26,247 nt of DNA from a virus (lineage: Duplodnaviria; Caudoviricetes). The stretch covers positions 1 through 26,247 of the IMG/VR virus record IMGVR_UViG_3300037755_000418, one strand, 5' to 3'. This document shows, piece after piece, positions 25,400 to 26,247 of the stretch (positions are counted from its first letter, which is position 1; each line of letters opens with the position of its first letter). A program made the position numbers and the translations under genes. The notes beneath the pieces are model-generated. The model worked only from the letters and a program-made list of their open reading frames with translations. It was not told where the DNA came from and searched no databases.

Positions 25400-25485
25400 T
25401 CTGGAAACCCGTTCGGGGGGTCAGCCGCTATGCCCACCGACCTCGGCACGCAGGGGGGGGGAGGGGGGTTACCCCCCACCCTCCT
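25400..25485. other. Probable cos/packaging-initiation region
   Basis: Non-coding gap just downstream of the HNH gene and before the terminase block. Contains G9/G6 runs and the palindrome GGGGGG-TTA-CCCCCC (25463-25477). The call is positional inference from HNH-assisted cos phages. Confidence 0.5.
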
Positions 25486-25488
25486 CCA

Positions 25489-25773
25489 TCATGAGATCAA
25501 GCCCGGGTGTGGCGGTGAGGGTCGGAGGCGGTCGCTGTTGGCGAGGCGGATGGCGATGGCGTCGCTGCCCGTCTTGGTGGCGTGGCACCGATGGCATACG
25601 CCCCGCAGCATGTGGGGTCGATGGTCATCGTGCGCGCCGATGTGGTCGACTTCGGTGGATGGTGCTCCGTCGCAGTGGATGCGGAGGGTGCATTGTGGGT
25701 CTCGTGCGAGAATCGCCCGGCGTCGGCGCTGCCAGTCTGGTGGCAGTTGGGATCGTCTGCGGCCCTGGCTCAT
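25489..25773 (-). CDS. HNH endonuclease (terminase-associated, HK97 gp74-like)
   Basis: 94 aa: LPPDW...RRAILARD..C....C...STEVDHI...LRGVCHRCHATKT...HPG. Confidence 0.92.
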   Translation of the reverse strand: MSQGRRRSQLPPDWQRRRRAILARDPQCTLRIHCDGAPSTEVDHIGAHDDHRPHMLRGVCHRCHATKTGSDAIAIRLANSDRLRPSPPHPGLIS

Positions 25774-25812
25774 CGGGCTGGCTGGGTGCGCGGGTCGGGC
25801 ACCCTGGACGCG

Positions 25813-25841
25813 AACCTACACGTCCGAAGCGGTTTGTGCAA
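25813..25841 (-). promoter_or_regulatory. Candidate sigma70-type late promoter TTGCAC-N17-TAGGTT
   Basis: -35 at 25836-25841 and -10 at 25813-25818 with a 17-nt spacer, in the intergenic gap about 40 nt upstream of the HNH start. Confidence 0.55.
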
Positions 25842-25896
25842 GGACTTGACCCCGTTGGCTGTTGCGGCGTATGGGCTCATGGTGCGGTCACGAGGT

Positions 25897-26247
25897 TCAG
25901 GTGGCGAGCTTGTTTCTGCATGCGGGGCAGTGGACCATTTCGATTGCCGAGCCGCCGCCGGTTTCGATGTGCCTCGGGATCCGTTTGTTCTCGGCGGCGC
26001 ATCCCCGGGTGCGGCATCGGACGGTTCCGAGTTCCTTTGTGGTGGCGCGAGCGGCGGGTGGGAGCGGTGTGTAGTCGTCGAGGACCTTGGACCAGTAGGC
26101 GGATACGGCGCGGCCGATGGTGGTTTCCAGGGACCGGCGAGCTCTGGCGGCTAGCGGGTTGACACCTCCGGGGGGCCGGGAGGTTGGTTTTCCGGTGTGG
26201 CCGCCGGCTTCGCCGATGGGTGTGGTGGTGGTTGGTGCGGTGGCGGT
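25897..26247 (-). CDS. Zinc-finger protein, 5' part outside the window (possible late-gene regulator)
   Basis: Not in the track. The open frame reads ...GKPTSRPPGG...VRCRTRGC...VHCPACRNKLAT* with four Cys in two pairs. It is the last gene before the late promoter. Confidence 0.7.
   Translation of the reverse strand, partial: TATAPTTTTPIGEAGGHTGKPTSRPPGGVNPLAARARRSLETTIGRAVSAYWSKVLDDYTPLPPAARATTKELGTVRCRTRGCAAENKRIPRHIETGGGSAIEMVHCPACRNKLAT

Larger units (their letters stand above)
3218..26247 (-). mobile_element. Siphovirus-type (pro)phage late region, actinobacterial type; continues beyond the right edge
   Basis: Co-oriented HNH-TerS-TerL-portal-scaffold-capsid-connectors-tail tube-chaperones-tape measure-tail tip-lysis order with many (A/G)TGA overlaps. 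No sheath gene. The left boundary lies somewhere in ~3030-3218. Confidence 0.96.

Noticed and set aside
25489-25773. HNH gene as a mobile homing endonuclease
   Set aside because: Its small size and position before the terminase genes fit the packaging-accessory type; no intron or intein context.
3358-26162. Numerous plus-strand ORFs of 60-317 aa across the phage region
   Set aside because: Expected antisense open frames in high-GC DNA; they overlap well-supported minus-strand genes and show no recognisable motifs.

Overview
Positions ~3200-26247 hold the complete late (virion plus lysis) module of a high-GC, actinobacterial-type siphovirus or prophage, all on the minus strand. In transcription order: partial zinc-finger ORF, candidate late promoter, HNH endonuclease, probable cos region, HExxH metallopeptidase, TerS, TerL, portal, MuF-like head protein, scaffold, major capsid, an inserted accessory block, head-tail connectors, major tail protein, frameshifted tail chaperones, tape measure, four tail-tip proteins, amidase endolysin, holin, two small membrane proteins and a strong terminator. 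The best candidate for a new system is the ~5.9 kb block between the capsid and the connector genes (13198-19102). It encodes three different glycosyltransferases and a sugar O-methyltransferase chained to the capsid gene by 4-nt start/stop overlaps, then a three-gene fibre unit built around an 869-aa LamG-like protein with 19 Trp-spaced, Ser/Thr/Gly/Ala-rich repeats. The capsid and tail-tube proteins share a C-terminal D-A-(A)-T-S tail, a plausible glycan acceptor. I infer a virion coated with an O-methylated glycan and carrying a lectin-tipped fibre. Positions 1-~3050 look compositionally different. They carry two tandem DNA methyltransferases (NPPY type and a circularly permuted SPPY type) and a divergent, apparently truncated HTH gene that may mark the prophage junction. 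All family assignments come from motif recognition by eye; no searches were run. No tRNA, rRNA, CRISPR array, integrase or transposase was seen.
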